Assembly (NCBI GenBank): GCA_964036045.1
Contig: OZ038378.1
Location: 25,916,001 to 25,980,000, forward strand
DNA: 64,000 nt
Direction: 5' to 3'
From: Eutreptiella sp. 'Long Island Sound 2002'
Lineage: Eukaryota > Protista > Euglenida
Below the pieces are notes generated by a model. That model ran no database searches. It was given only the letters and a program-made list of their open reading frames with translations, and was not told where the DNA came from. Both the position numbers and the translations under genes were made by a program. Positions 26,225 to 37,400 of this stretch are shown one piece after another. Numbering within the stretch: position 1 is the first letter of the stretch; each line of letters starts with the position of its first letter.

Positions 26225-26670
26225 ACTTTTGGTAGCCACTGCTGATTCTGCCCCACGCCGTGAAGCACTGGGGACCCCCAAGGCGATAGGGGTTATGTAG
26301 CCACTCGGCCCACGTGTGGGCCACTTCTGATTCTGCCCCCGCTCTCAAGTGGTGGGGACCCCCCAAGCAGCAGGGGTTATGTAGCCACCCGGCCCACTTG
26401 TGGGCCGTTGCTAATTCTTCCCCCCGCTCTAAAATGCTAGGGACCCCACAGGCGGCAGGGGTTATGCGGCCACCCGAGCCACTTGTAGGCCACTTTTGAT
26501 TCTGCCCCTTGCTATTAAGCGGTGCGCCCTCCCTAGGCGGTAGGGGTCATGCAGCCACCCGGCCCACTTGTGGGCCACTTCTAATTCTGCCCTGCTCTAA
26601 AGCGGTCGGGGCCACCCACGCGGCAGGGGTTATGTAGCCACCCGGCCTACTTGTGGGCCACTTCTGAATC
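26225..26670. repeat. Tandem repeat, ~5.3 units of 83-85 bp, most units with a 16-bp palindrome
   Basis: g(t/c)(a/g)gccac recurs at 26297, 26381, 26466, 26551 and 26634. Units contain ggcccacttgtgggcc or close variants. Confidence 0.9.
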
Positions 26671-26681
26671 CGACCCCCTTT

Positions 26682-28163
26682 ATGAATGTGGAGGGAAGCA
26701 GCGCCTTTGTAGCTGAGGCATCGAGTACCCCAATGGACCCCGACCTCCCTAGTTCCATTCCATCTGCAATCGTTATCGCAATGCTATCTAGTGATCACCC
26801 AACGTCTCATACTGGGTGCCCTAGTGCAGAAGAAATCTTGGCTGATGTGTGCAAAGCACTCACTGATAGCCAAGGCTTATTTTGCCCATCCTTGTCAAAG
26901 GTAGAAGCACCGCGTAGCAATGATTGGGTGCACCCACTGCATGCCATAGTTCCACGTTCGTCGCCGCAACCATTTGAGTTTGAGGCGCGCCATTTCAGGG
27001 ACCTCACGACCGAGAGCTATGTCACAGATTGTGCTCAGATTGTGGTGTATTACTAGTGGGCTGCCCAAACCACTCTCAGTGCGGATTGGGACACAATGGA
27101 TGTGGCGTGGGTTGTCCGTGACTCATGGTGGAATGCCTCGTGTGCTAGTCCACATCGCAGACAGCAGTAGGTTGGATCGTGGGCACACCGCTCTTTAGAG
27201 GCGTCCATTGATATGTCTTTTGCACCACCCGTGATTGTGACGGGGGTATATAATTTGGGCAATTCGCATTGGGTGCTCCACTTGTTGTTGATTGCCCCAA
27301 CTCGCGAATACCTCTGCCTTAAATTTGACCCCCTGTCTGACCGGCCACACATTGTTGGGGCACACGAGGAGGAGTTGGCTGTCGTGGAATTGATTGCTGA
27401 GCGAGAAGGCATTCAACCACAACAGCGGAAGAAGTGGGCAAAGATTTCGGATGCTTTCGGTGCCCTTGCATGTGCAATTGCACCCGTGCATTCCACCTTC
27501 ATCGGGCAGATTGATTGTGTCAGTTGCCATCCAGCATGTCTCTTGACATTGCATTGTGCCCTGTCTCGACGTGTTGTGAAGGGCATATTGCAAGTGCCAC
27601 ATGACAGATTGTGGTTGCTGCGTGAAATGGTTGAAGGTACTCTGTACATGAGTCGTTGCAAGTCAGCCTCCACCTTGAGGAACCCGGGACTGCACTGGGA
27701 GGTGGATTGGATGTACACCGAACCCTAATCGGTGGACCCCGTTGACACATGCTTTTCTTGTGATGGCACACCTCACATAGCCCGCCACGAATGTAAGGTT
27801 CTTCATTGTACCTTGTATGTGTCTGTCTTGTGTCAATCGGAGATGTGTGTTGGATTGCGCCAATTTTGGGCGGCCAACCTTGCTACTACTGATTTTGCTT
27901 TTGCCGTTGTCGCTGCTTCTGCTGCTAACACCCGTCCTAGTGTGTGGATCTGTCGCAAGTGGTTTGCGGTGCCTCCTCAATACCCCAAAAAAGCTGATGG
28001 TCAATTGAGAAATGACCAAGCATTTGCACCGAGCTGTAGGGGGGAGTTGAAAACAGCTCTGTTTGGGATGTGCACCAATCATCCCCTAGTGCGAGGCAAA
28101 TCGCGGCATGCAGATACCAAGGCCGACTTGATTTTCAAGGGTGTCTTTTGTAACTACTTGTAA
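26682..28163 (+). pseudogene. Ulp1/C48-like cysteine protease followed by a PHD-like Cys/His finger, copy A (one frame, three in-frame stops)
   Basis: ORFs 26682..27056, 27213..27728 and 27732..28163 share a frame (stops TAG 27054, TAG 27168, TAA 27726). Motifs: DLTTESYVTD..YY, NLGNSHWVL (His), FDPL (Asp), GQIDCVSC (Gln, Cys), then CFSC..HECKVLHC..LCQSEMC..WIC. Confidence 0.8.
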
Positions 28164-29594
28164 GTTGTTGGCACAAGTGTTGGCCATGGCCCTGTTAGGA
28201 CTCTTTTCTTGATCCTGATTTTGTTTCTAGTGCCCGATCCCACTTATATTTTGTTTTGTTGGCCGAGTGCCAACTAATGGGTGTGCATGATGGTTTGGCT
28301 TGGGTGGGGCGCCACGAACAGCCGGGAATCAACTCGGGGGCTTTGTACTCTTAAACAAAAGTACCACCTACCATCGAAGACCGCCCTCCAAAAACCGCCT
28401 CGCCACCTTGGACAGAAGGCACATCCACAGGCAAAGACCACACATTGACAGAGGCACACCTAGTAGTAACTGGGCCCACTGTCGGACACATCCACACGCA
28501 AGCTATTGGGTGATTGACTCTGCTAGATCAACGGCCCCCATTTGACAAGCTCAAAGGCAAGGATTTTGGGGTCCGCGAGGGAGGCCAACATACCGCCCCA
28601 TCAACCTGCAGGAACAATGCCCAAGATGTGCAAGGAAGGGCCACCATTGTCCGATGCTTCATGGGCTAAGTGTTTGCACTGCGTGCGCACTGCGTGTGCA
28701 CTGCGTGCATATTGTGCACGCAGAGCCTAGGATACTCACCCAAGAATACCTGTCACCTGTTTACTAGGGGGAAGACTGAAAGGTGTCAATACCATAGGGT
28801 TGGCCAGGTGTCCATCGATACTTCTGGATGTAGTTATAACCAACAGCATCGTTGAAGAAGAACTATCCGGTCCTGGTGTCGACTCGCCACCATCGAGTAT
28901 CGGCGATTGAGAGCCTTCGAGCGACGATGACCACGTGGACTTCTTTGCAGTTGTGGACGTGGCCATACCGATCGATGATCTTGAGCATCTCGGTTCGAGA
29001 ATCACCTTGAAGTCGACCAAGGTTTTGGTGCACGTACTATCTGTCCGGAAGAGTACTCTGCAGGGCGAATCGAACCGCCTCTACGGATACGAGGCTCGCT
29101 GCAGTGTCGACAATGACGACGTCGAGATCCGGGTCGTGTCGACTGTGTACACTTTGTCGATGGGCCTCTTCTAGGGGGAAATGGTTGACAATTCAAATAT
29201 GCCACATCCCAAATGCTTGGGAAGCCAAAAAAACCCTGGTACGAAACCAAAAACTTGTGAAAAGGGGCCAAAACTAGGGTTCGAGTATTTGCCAACATCC
29301 AAAACTTTGCACTGTGTGCGCACTGCGTGCATGGCATTCCCATGGTGTTTTGGTTGGCCAAGCCCTAGAGGGGGTGGGTATTGGTACCCCAATGCTCGAG
29401 CTTGACCACTGCTGCAAGAAGTTCAACATCCTCCGCCGCATAGATGGCCGAGATGATAGTATGCACGAAGTTGCCCCCCCCCCCCACCTCCCTCCCCTAC
29501 CTACCCCCCCCCTACCCCCCCCCCCTACCTTCGGCTCGCTCGCTCGAGAGACGGCTCGCTTCGCTCGACGCGGGGGCCAATGCCCGCACCCCCC

Positions 29595-29950
29595 TTAAAT
29601 AACATGACTCCTGCGGTGGCCACAGGCCGCCTTTTGTGTGTTCCGCCTTCTGTGTGTACCGCCTTGCCTGTGGCCCCTTCAATAACAAGACTCCTGCGGT
29701 GGCCACAGACCGCCTTTTGTCTGTTCCGCCTTGTGTGTGCTCCGCCTTTTGTGTGCACCGCCTTGCCTGTGGCCCCTTAAATAACAAGACTCCTGCGGTG
29801 GCCACAGGCCGCCTTTTGTGTGTTGCGCCTTGTGCGTGCACCGCCTTGCCTGTGGCCCCTTAAATAACATGACTCCTGCGGTGGCCACAGACCGCCTTGT
29901 GTGTGCACCGCTTTGTGTATGCCCCGCCTTGTGTGTGCACCGCCTTCTGT
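29595..29950. repeat. Higher-order minisatellite: 4 units of 83-99 bp made of 16-bp ccgccttgtgtgtgca subunits
   Basis: aataaca(t/a)gactcctgcggtggccacag at 29598, 29681, 29780 and 29863. Confidence 0.9.
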
Positions 29951-32900
29951 GTGTATGATCCTACCCCCCCCCCCTCCCCCCAACCCACCCCATCCCCCCC
30001 CTACCTTCTCGAACCACCCCTACCTCCCCCCCCTACGCCCCCAACCCCCCCCTACACCCCCCCGTACCCCCCCCCCTCTACCTCCAAGGTAGGGGGGGTG
30101 GGGGGACTTCGTGCGATATATGCCGAGATATAGCTGTAAGGGCGGGATGCTGCAGTTGCAGCACCTGCTCGTTCTGCACTGTTGTGCGGGAACTTGGACA
30201 ATACAAGCCCAAGGCCCCATAGGCCCCATCACGTCGTACAACGCCAGGCCAAATGGTGCAAAGGCCAGACCATATTGCACTTCACACCTTCCCTACAAAG
30301 CACGTTGCATAATAAAGCAATATTTGTGAATTCAGCAACTCCAACTGTCATCTGTATTGTACTTAACAAACAACATTGGTCCCATAAGCGTGGGTGTCAA
30401 TACATTTAGTACAATAGTGCTTCTTACCCTCATCACAAGCTGCGACGGTGCGGCGCCTTGGCAACACAACACACACACTTCTGCCTCATCCTTGGCCTCA
30501 TCTTGCGTGGCGGCCGAGTTGCTTTGGTCAGTCCAAACATGAGGCGGGATATGCTCCCATGGTTCGTCGGGAGAATCATGGTTGAAAAGGACAGTAGTCC
30601 TACATAGGGGAGTTATATGCGCCGCACGCGCACTGCGCGCGACTTTTATGTCGGGTTTACCTAGAAGGGGTTGGCTGTTACCCCCTCCCAAAATGCCCGC
30701 TAGGGAGAGCAAAACCTTGGGTACAAGACCTGTTGAAACATCCCTCTGACTTGCCCTATGTAGTGCCTACCAAGGTGTAAATACATAAGCAGGTCTGGGG
30801 TCTCCCTCTGGATGGTCGATTTTTCCTACCCTTATCCTAATCGCGGAGGGAAATTATAGCTTTTCCAATCTAGCAACCAATTAATCTACAGTTGCTTGGT
30901 TGGGCCAAACAGCTAAATCCCCGCGTTGTATGTGGGCCGTATCGGTGCTGCCCTATATATTGGACATACACAAACAGGGATCACTCTACACACAGTTTGA
31001 CGCACCTGTACACTGCCTGTGTGTGGAACTTACATTCCCTGCGGGAACTAGTTGTAAGCAAAAACAGTGGTCACGCGTCTCTCACTATGAGGATTATGGC
31101 CCGCTGCAAATGGCCGCTGCCTGCCAATCATCCACCCAATCATTGACTGCAAATGTGGGGGGGGGTACACCTCTGAGGTGCCCCAAAAGAAAAGGCCGTA
31201 GTTTGAAGGACTGAAAGTGTGTGGGTGTCGGTGTGTGGGCGGGGGGGGGGGGGGGGCAAAGGGGAGGTACCCATCATCACAATAGACTGGCCAGTAGGGT
31301 CAGGCGATACGGCACGGAATGTGTGTCCTGAGGACTGAGTGACCTTAAAGAATGTCCTGGAACAGTCGTCAACGCCACAGGTCAACTGGGTGCACAGGGT
31401 GCCACGGTGGTACCAATGTACCCAAGGCCTTCCAAATTGCTGAAGGTAACACTGCACACAAAGCCCCTCCCTTGGGCCGTTGAGAACTCAGAAAAGAGTG
31501 TGGCAGTGTAGAGCACAGCTAGGCATATTTCCAGCCATCGATGCCCAACCTCAGGTGCCCCATGGTGTCTGGGTAAGGCTTTTGGGTGGTGTTTGGGGCG
31601 CTCAGCTCACCTCCACCATCTTTGCTGCAAGAGCCGCACGCCCACACAGGATTCAACCCCAGAACACTTGCTGTGGGCATCCGGTGCTGCAACCGCTCAA
31701 CCTGCTGGATCCTCCCACAAGGAAAAAGGCAACCTCTCTTGGCTACCATCATACCACATTTTTGCCCCAAATTTTGACAGGCGACGTCCATCATTGGGCC
31801 CTGCGAAGCTAAAAGCTCAAACAGAAAACAGGGGAAACAATACGCAGAAAAAAGTGGAAGAGGGAGCCCCCCCCCCAAAAAAAACCAAAAGATACAGGGT
31901 TACATGAAAGAGTAGGAAACAGACAGGGAAAAGGTCATATGAGGGACAGAGATACACAATCAGCACACCCTTGCTCAAATAGCGCGGCCTTTCGCCACAG
32001 TGGGTGCATGCCATCACCCCTGTTCACACCAATGAGCCAGTTTCCACTAGGGAAGAGCTGTCTGACAACACCTGATGCCACGTCCCATTTCAGATTGAGT
32101 GAGGGATTGGGTAAGAGTGACTCTTGTCCCACCCCATTCAATAACGAACCACCCAACAAACTGCGACCAACCCATGGATGACAGTCTGGACCAATTTGAC
32201 AAGGGCAGGCAAATATACACAACAGGGACACGGAAACCGGTTGGATGCTTTTGGGTTAGGGGCAAGGGGTGGTCCCATGCAGTCCTGAGGACACCAACCA
32301 GCAGGGACACCCCTTGGCACCCAGGGAGGAGAATGCGAGGGACGGATGCCCCACCTCTGCCCCAATCACACGGCAGCTGCACAAAAGTGGTTTTATGTGC
32401 CCTGCGGGGGAAAACAGGGCCAACCTGATGATGCAGCTCAGAGCTCAGGACACAGCGAAAAGCACAGGGAAAGACCTGTCCTCTGCTACTTATCAGTGAC
32501 CCCCGTTGTTGTGCCGTAGTGCTGCCACCATGAGCGGGGTCATCGTTCAAGCGCCCCCCCCCTCCCCAACCCCCAACCCACTATGGGACCCAGCACAGGC
32601 CCGTACGAAAGCCCCAACAGAAAACCCAACACAGGGCCAACCACCTCAGCACATCTGCCATAAAACACAGGGGCTCTGCTTGAGAGCAAAAAAGAGAATC
32701 AAACTGCCGGCCTTGGTACGACCCTCCACAGAGCGCCAAATGACAGCCCCAATGAAACAAAACAGGACAGGGCAGACACTCCCCGCAGCAACACAGTCAA
32801 GGGCCACAACAAGGCCACCCCACCTCCCGCGGTTCACATCCAAACACCCTCTCTCATTGCCACATCTGTACCCCTCTTCACAGCTGCCACAAGGCCACGG

Positions 32901-33944
32901 GCGCATGGGCTATGAGGGACCTGCACAAGGGAGGTGCATGAACATGGAAGGAAACAGGAAATGATCGAGCGGGGGGGAACTGCTGCAGGTCACCCCATCT
33001 TCGCTGTCAAATGCCATGGCCAATGGAGGCAATGTGTGCTGACCCTCTCTATTGCTCTGACCAGTACCTGACCTTCCGTTCTCACAACACAGGCAAAGGT
33101 AGAAAGGGGACTGCCGTCAAATGGTGCGGCCTTTGACTGGTGCTCTTCTTCGCTCAGACGGCGTGGCCTTGTTGAGCACAGGTGACTCACCACAGGACTT
33201 CTGCGAACAACAGACCATAGGGATTGACCAGCCTCACAACTGGACGAGAGGGCGGCGCTGAGTGGCAGGACAAGGAGGAAGGGGGGCACCCCTCTTTGAT
33301 CCATTGCCTGCCATTTGCCGCCAATAATCCTCCATAACCCTCCAGAATACATCAATTGCCACCCAAAAAACAAATGCTTGTCTGACCTTAGGCACAACAA
33401 CAATGATACCGCAGCGCAGGGCACTTGGCATGCACCGCATTCGGGAACGCCTTTTGTGGGAGGGCTGCAGAGCTGCACATCTTGAGGAGCGGGCAGGCCA
33501 GTTCTGGGAGGGCAGCATATGTAACACTTCTGCGGACTTTGGGCAGGGTCGCATGTGGGGCTGAGTGGCAGTTGTTGGCATTCACATGCCATAACCCACT
33601 TGAGCCTTTCCCTCTGTAGCAGCCAATCAGCACCAGACCGGCGGCCAGGGCCGTGTCCAGCCTGCCCATGGGGCGCGTGTAGCGCTACTGGAGTTAGACA
33701 AAGGCTTGCCATAGCAAGAGCCCTGCCACCACCAGAAGCCAGTTGACAACAACAGACACTCCTGCCCCAGGGGTGCAGTTCATGGCCATGGATGTCACGC
33801 CATAGATTCCAACACACTCTCCTTTTCCTGCAGCAAAAGGGCATGCAAACAGCCAGAAGGAAGCGTTGTGGGAACAAGGAGTAGGGAGGTCAGGCCCCAC
33901 TCTTGGGACCGGGCACCGCAGTATGCAAAGGGTTGTCGAGGCAC

Positions 33945-34250
33945 ATGGGGAAAATTGGCTTGCACAGGTGGGGGGTCGTTCGGCCCCCTTTTCAAGACCA
34001 TCCCCCCTCCCTTCAGGGCTCCCATGACGGCCCCCTTACAGGCCTAAGTGGGAGGTTTGGAGGGGCAGGGGGGGCTGAGGTACCCGAACATATGTGGCTC
34101 AAAATGATCCCCATGATGCACTGATCATTTGGAGTTCTGTATCATGGGGGGATTTTTTGAAAAAAAAAATCTATTGCCTATCGGCAAGCCACCTCGAAGA
34201 GGGAGGGAGCACAGTCAGTCAATCAGGTAGCTAGTCACGAAGTCATTCAA
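33945..34250 (+). repeat. Dispersed ~300-bp repeat, copy 2 (copy 1 at 6770-7075)
   Basis: Same conserved blocks as 6770-7075. Confidence 0.75.
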
Positions 34251-34254
34251 AAGC

Positions 34255-34490
34255 CGACCCTTCCCCCCTCCAACATCCAAATAGGGTGAAAAACACATAA
34301 AGAGGGTCGAAAACATGGTTTACGCAGGATATCTGATCATTCATTATGAATGGTCAGAACATCAAAAAAATCGGTATTGAAAATTTCCATTTTTGAGCGG
34401 CCGAGAGTGGAAAAATGCATCAGCAGGTTGTGCCCCAGACCCTTGCCCCCGTCCAAACACCCAAATAGGGTGGAAAACACATGAATAGGG
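34255..34490 (+). repeat. ~190-200-bp satellite unit (LINE target repeat)
   Basis: caaatagggtg(a/g)aaaacacat...tttac..aggatat.tgatc...aaatttccatttttgagc.gccgag...gcaggttgtgcccca. Also seen at 39775-39894 (inverted), 40020-40118, 41004-41221 and 43740-43860. Confidence 0.8.
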
Positions 34491-37400
34491 CATTCGTCTA
34501 TTAGCGTCCGCTGGCCTATGTACAGAGGCAGAGGGGCGGGGAGGTGGGCCGAGTCGAGTTCAGGCGCCCGTGGCCTCCCCTACAAGCCCCCCGCCTGTGC
34601 CCGCACGGCGGCCAGGAGGGACGAGCCGGAGGGAACTAGGTCTCTTCCGTGCTGGCCCTGCCGTGCTGCCGCCGTGGCGGCAGTGTGGACTGGGATGGCG
34701 AAGGCGCCGAGGGCGCGTCCGCCACTGGGTCAGAGGAGCTCCCCCCCGCGGCGTCGGCCGCAACGCGAGGGGAGGGGGGGGGAGGGGCGCACGCGGAGCA
34801 TGTCCGCCACTAACCTAGTGGCCTTTGGCTGAGGCCGCCTCCAACCCCTGGGTGGGAATCGACTCAAGGCCGCCGAGATGCGGCTGAAAACCTCGAGGAG
34901 CGACGCCGGCGGTGGGGGGGGGCTGCTCTTCTGGGGGGGGGGGGGGGGGGGCGTGGGTCCCGCGATGCGGGTGGCGCTCCCGTGGAGTCGGTGGAGACGG
35001 CGGCGTCCGCAGGCACCGGCCCGGGGCCGCCGTCCCCCCCTGCCGTTGGTGGGGGGGAGAAAGGGTCAGCGTCCGCCTCGCCCGATCGCGTTGGCCCCTG
35101 ATTTACCGAGCCCCCCTGGTCAGCCAGGAGGTCAGGCGCCTGGCGCTTCGTGGGCCTGGGGTTGTCTAGCCCCAATGCCGAGGAGGGGCGGGTGCCCAGC
35201 GTTCTGGGAGGGGCCGTGCACTGGCGTGTCACCGGGGGGCCCGAGTCCGGGAGGGCCTGGGAGGCCGGGCGGGCCCGCCCCAGCCGAGAGGATAGCGCGG
35301 CCGCTCCTGCGCGCCGGTCCTCAGGGACGAGCACCTGGCATCCTGGCGCGACCCAGGGCGGGGCTCTCGGACAGTGCGGGCCCGCACAGGGGTCGGTGTG
35401 TCCTTCGTGGCCCGCCCGGCAGCAGCGGCTGAAGCCCCAGCCCAGGCTTTTGCACCTGGCGCACGACGGCGCCCCATGCTCCAAGCAGAGCACGCTCTGA
35501 GTGCCACTGCCCGCCCCTAGCGGGCGACTGCGCTGCGGGGCAGCGAGCGGGATGCTTCTGGGCGGCGCCCGCGGGGGCCTCCTGGCATACGGCAGTAGGT
35601 GGGGCCCCCCCTCGAGGGGGCGTGGGAAATAGCCCATAAGAAAACGGTCGTCCGGCGGCGGCCGCATGCGGGCAGGCGCTCGTAGGCACCGGACCCACGA
35701 GTCCCAGCAGTGCGTCGCCAGGCGCACAAGCTGTAGCATCACCTTGTGGTGTGCCGCGAAGAACGGGCGGGCCGAAAGTCCCGCGCACACGCGGCCCCCC
35801 AGGGGGAGGAGTGAGCGGCAACGCCCCAGCGGGGCCCCGCTCAGCAGCGTGCCCGCCACAAGGTGGCGCTCCGCCAGGCCCACTGTCTTGCGCAGGACTT
35901 GGGCTCGCTCCCCAAGCGGCAGGCGCGTACCCCGCAGCCGGTGGTCCGGGGAGGCTGGGAGCAGCCGCCCCACAAACGCCTCATAATCCAGGGCCAGCTC
36001 AGCCCAGGAGACTTCCGCCGGCCCCGGCATCCAGGCCAGCGCCCGGGCCCACCTGACTAAGTCCGGGATGAAGTCTCGGGGCCACCGCCAGCCCGGCGGG
36101 GTCCCCGGCCGGAGCCGTGGCTGGTTGCGGACCGCGTCCCCTGGCAGGGGGCCGACGAAATCGTCCCAGGGGTAGGGGTTGCGAGGCCGCGGATGCGGCT
36201 GGTTTGGGAAGAGGGAGCGGCTGGTCCCCGTGGCTGGCTGCCATGCGGGCAGCGAGGACTGCGAGGTACATGCCGGACAGGCGGTACAGGAACTCGTCGA
36301 GGAGCCCCCGATCCACCCCCTGCACCAGCCGGAGGGGGAATAGACCCGCCTTCCGCAGGCAGGATGGCCACTGGTCCGGCGGCCCCAGGTGGGGGATTGC
36401 CGTCGCCGCGTCGCTGAGCCAGGGACGCCATGTCTCTCTAGCACTTTCCCACTCCAGGCAGTCCCACAGGACGTGGACTTCGTCCTCGTGTGCCGCGCCG
36501 CAATGGGGGCACGCGGAGTTGGTCCGCGTGCCATGGTCCGACACCCTGGCCGCTGTCCACAGGGCCCCAGCCATGAGGCCGCACAGCAACGACCTCTGCA
36601 ACTCGGTGGAGGCAGCCTGCAGTGCCGCGCGGCAAGCCGGGCCGTTCGCCCCGTCGCCCAGCCCCCTGAAGGTGACCGGGCGCCGCGCCTCAAGCTGGCG
36701 CGAGGAATGGCAGCGAAGGCTGTGCCGGACCCGGTGCTGGACCTGGCGGAGGGGCTCCTGCACGAAGTGCAGCGGGTGCTCTTGTCCCAGGACATCCCAG
36801 CCCCACCAGCCCTCGCGCGGGCTCCAGCCAAGGGTGGTCGCCGTTTGGAGCGCGCGGCCCACCGGGCCCGTCCCGGGAGGGCGGCCACCTGACTCCCACA
36901 TAGCCTGGGTGAAGACCTGGGTGACCCCCGGCCGTCGGGCCGCCTAGGCCAGCTAGAGGAGCCCTTCGTACCGTGTGTGCATGATCGAGGAGACGCAGTG
37001 CCCCTTGGACAGGACCGTGAAGACAATCTCCTTGGCCCGGGACAAGCGCGTGGCTCCCCATAGGGCCCGCACGACCGCGGTCTCCAGCCCCCGCAGGTCG
37101 GGGTCCGTCACCGATGCGACGGCCACCCCATGGAGCGCCAGCGGGGTGACCAGCGTGCTGATAGCCCGCTCTCGGCGGTCATAGGTGGAGAGGTAGGGGA
37201 GGCGGCGGACAGCGCTCTGTCCCGCTTGCAGGCGCCGGGACAGCACCAACCCCGTGATCCTTGAGCCCCCAATGGCGACGTCGACGCCGAGCTGGCGGAA
37301 AGTCGCCGCCAGCGGGATCGGGACTCCCCGGAGCAGGACCGCCGGGGCGCCCTATTCTCCCTGGACCAAGGAGCAGGAATTGTCTACGCGGACGTTTTGG

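Noticed and set aside
31300-32550. Possible RT/endonuclease remnants (KPYPDTMGHLRLGIDG)
   Set aside because: Too degraded; no second motif could be placed in register.
33425-33619. LHILRSGQAS..LGR resembling a tyrosine recombinase box II
   Set aside because: No box I Arg or catalytic Tyr in context, and the ORF is short. Likely chance.
36200-37026. N-terminal part of the 720-aa ORF 34864..37026 as a real protein
   Set aside because: It is an off-frame reading of the LINE ORF2. Only the part from about NPYPWDDF onward is the true frame.
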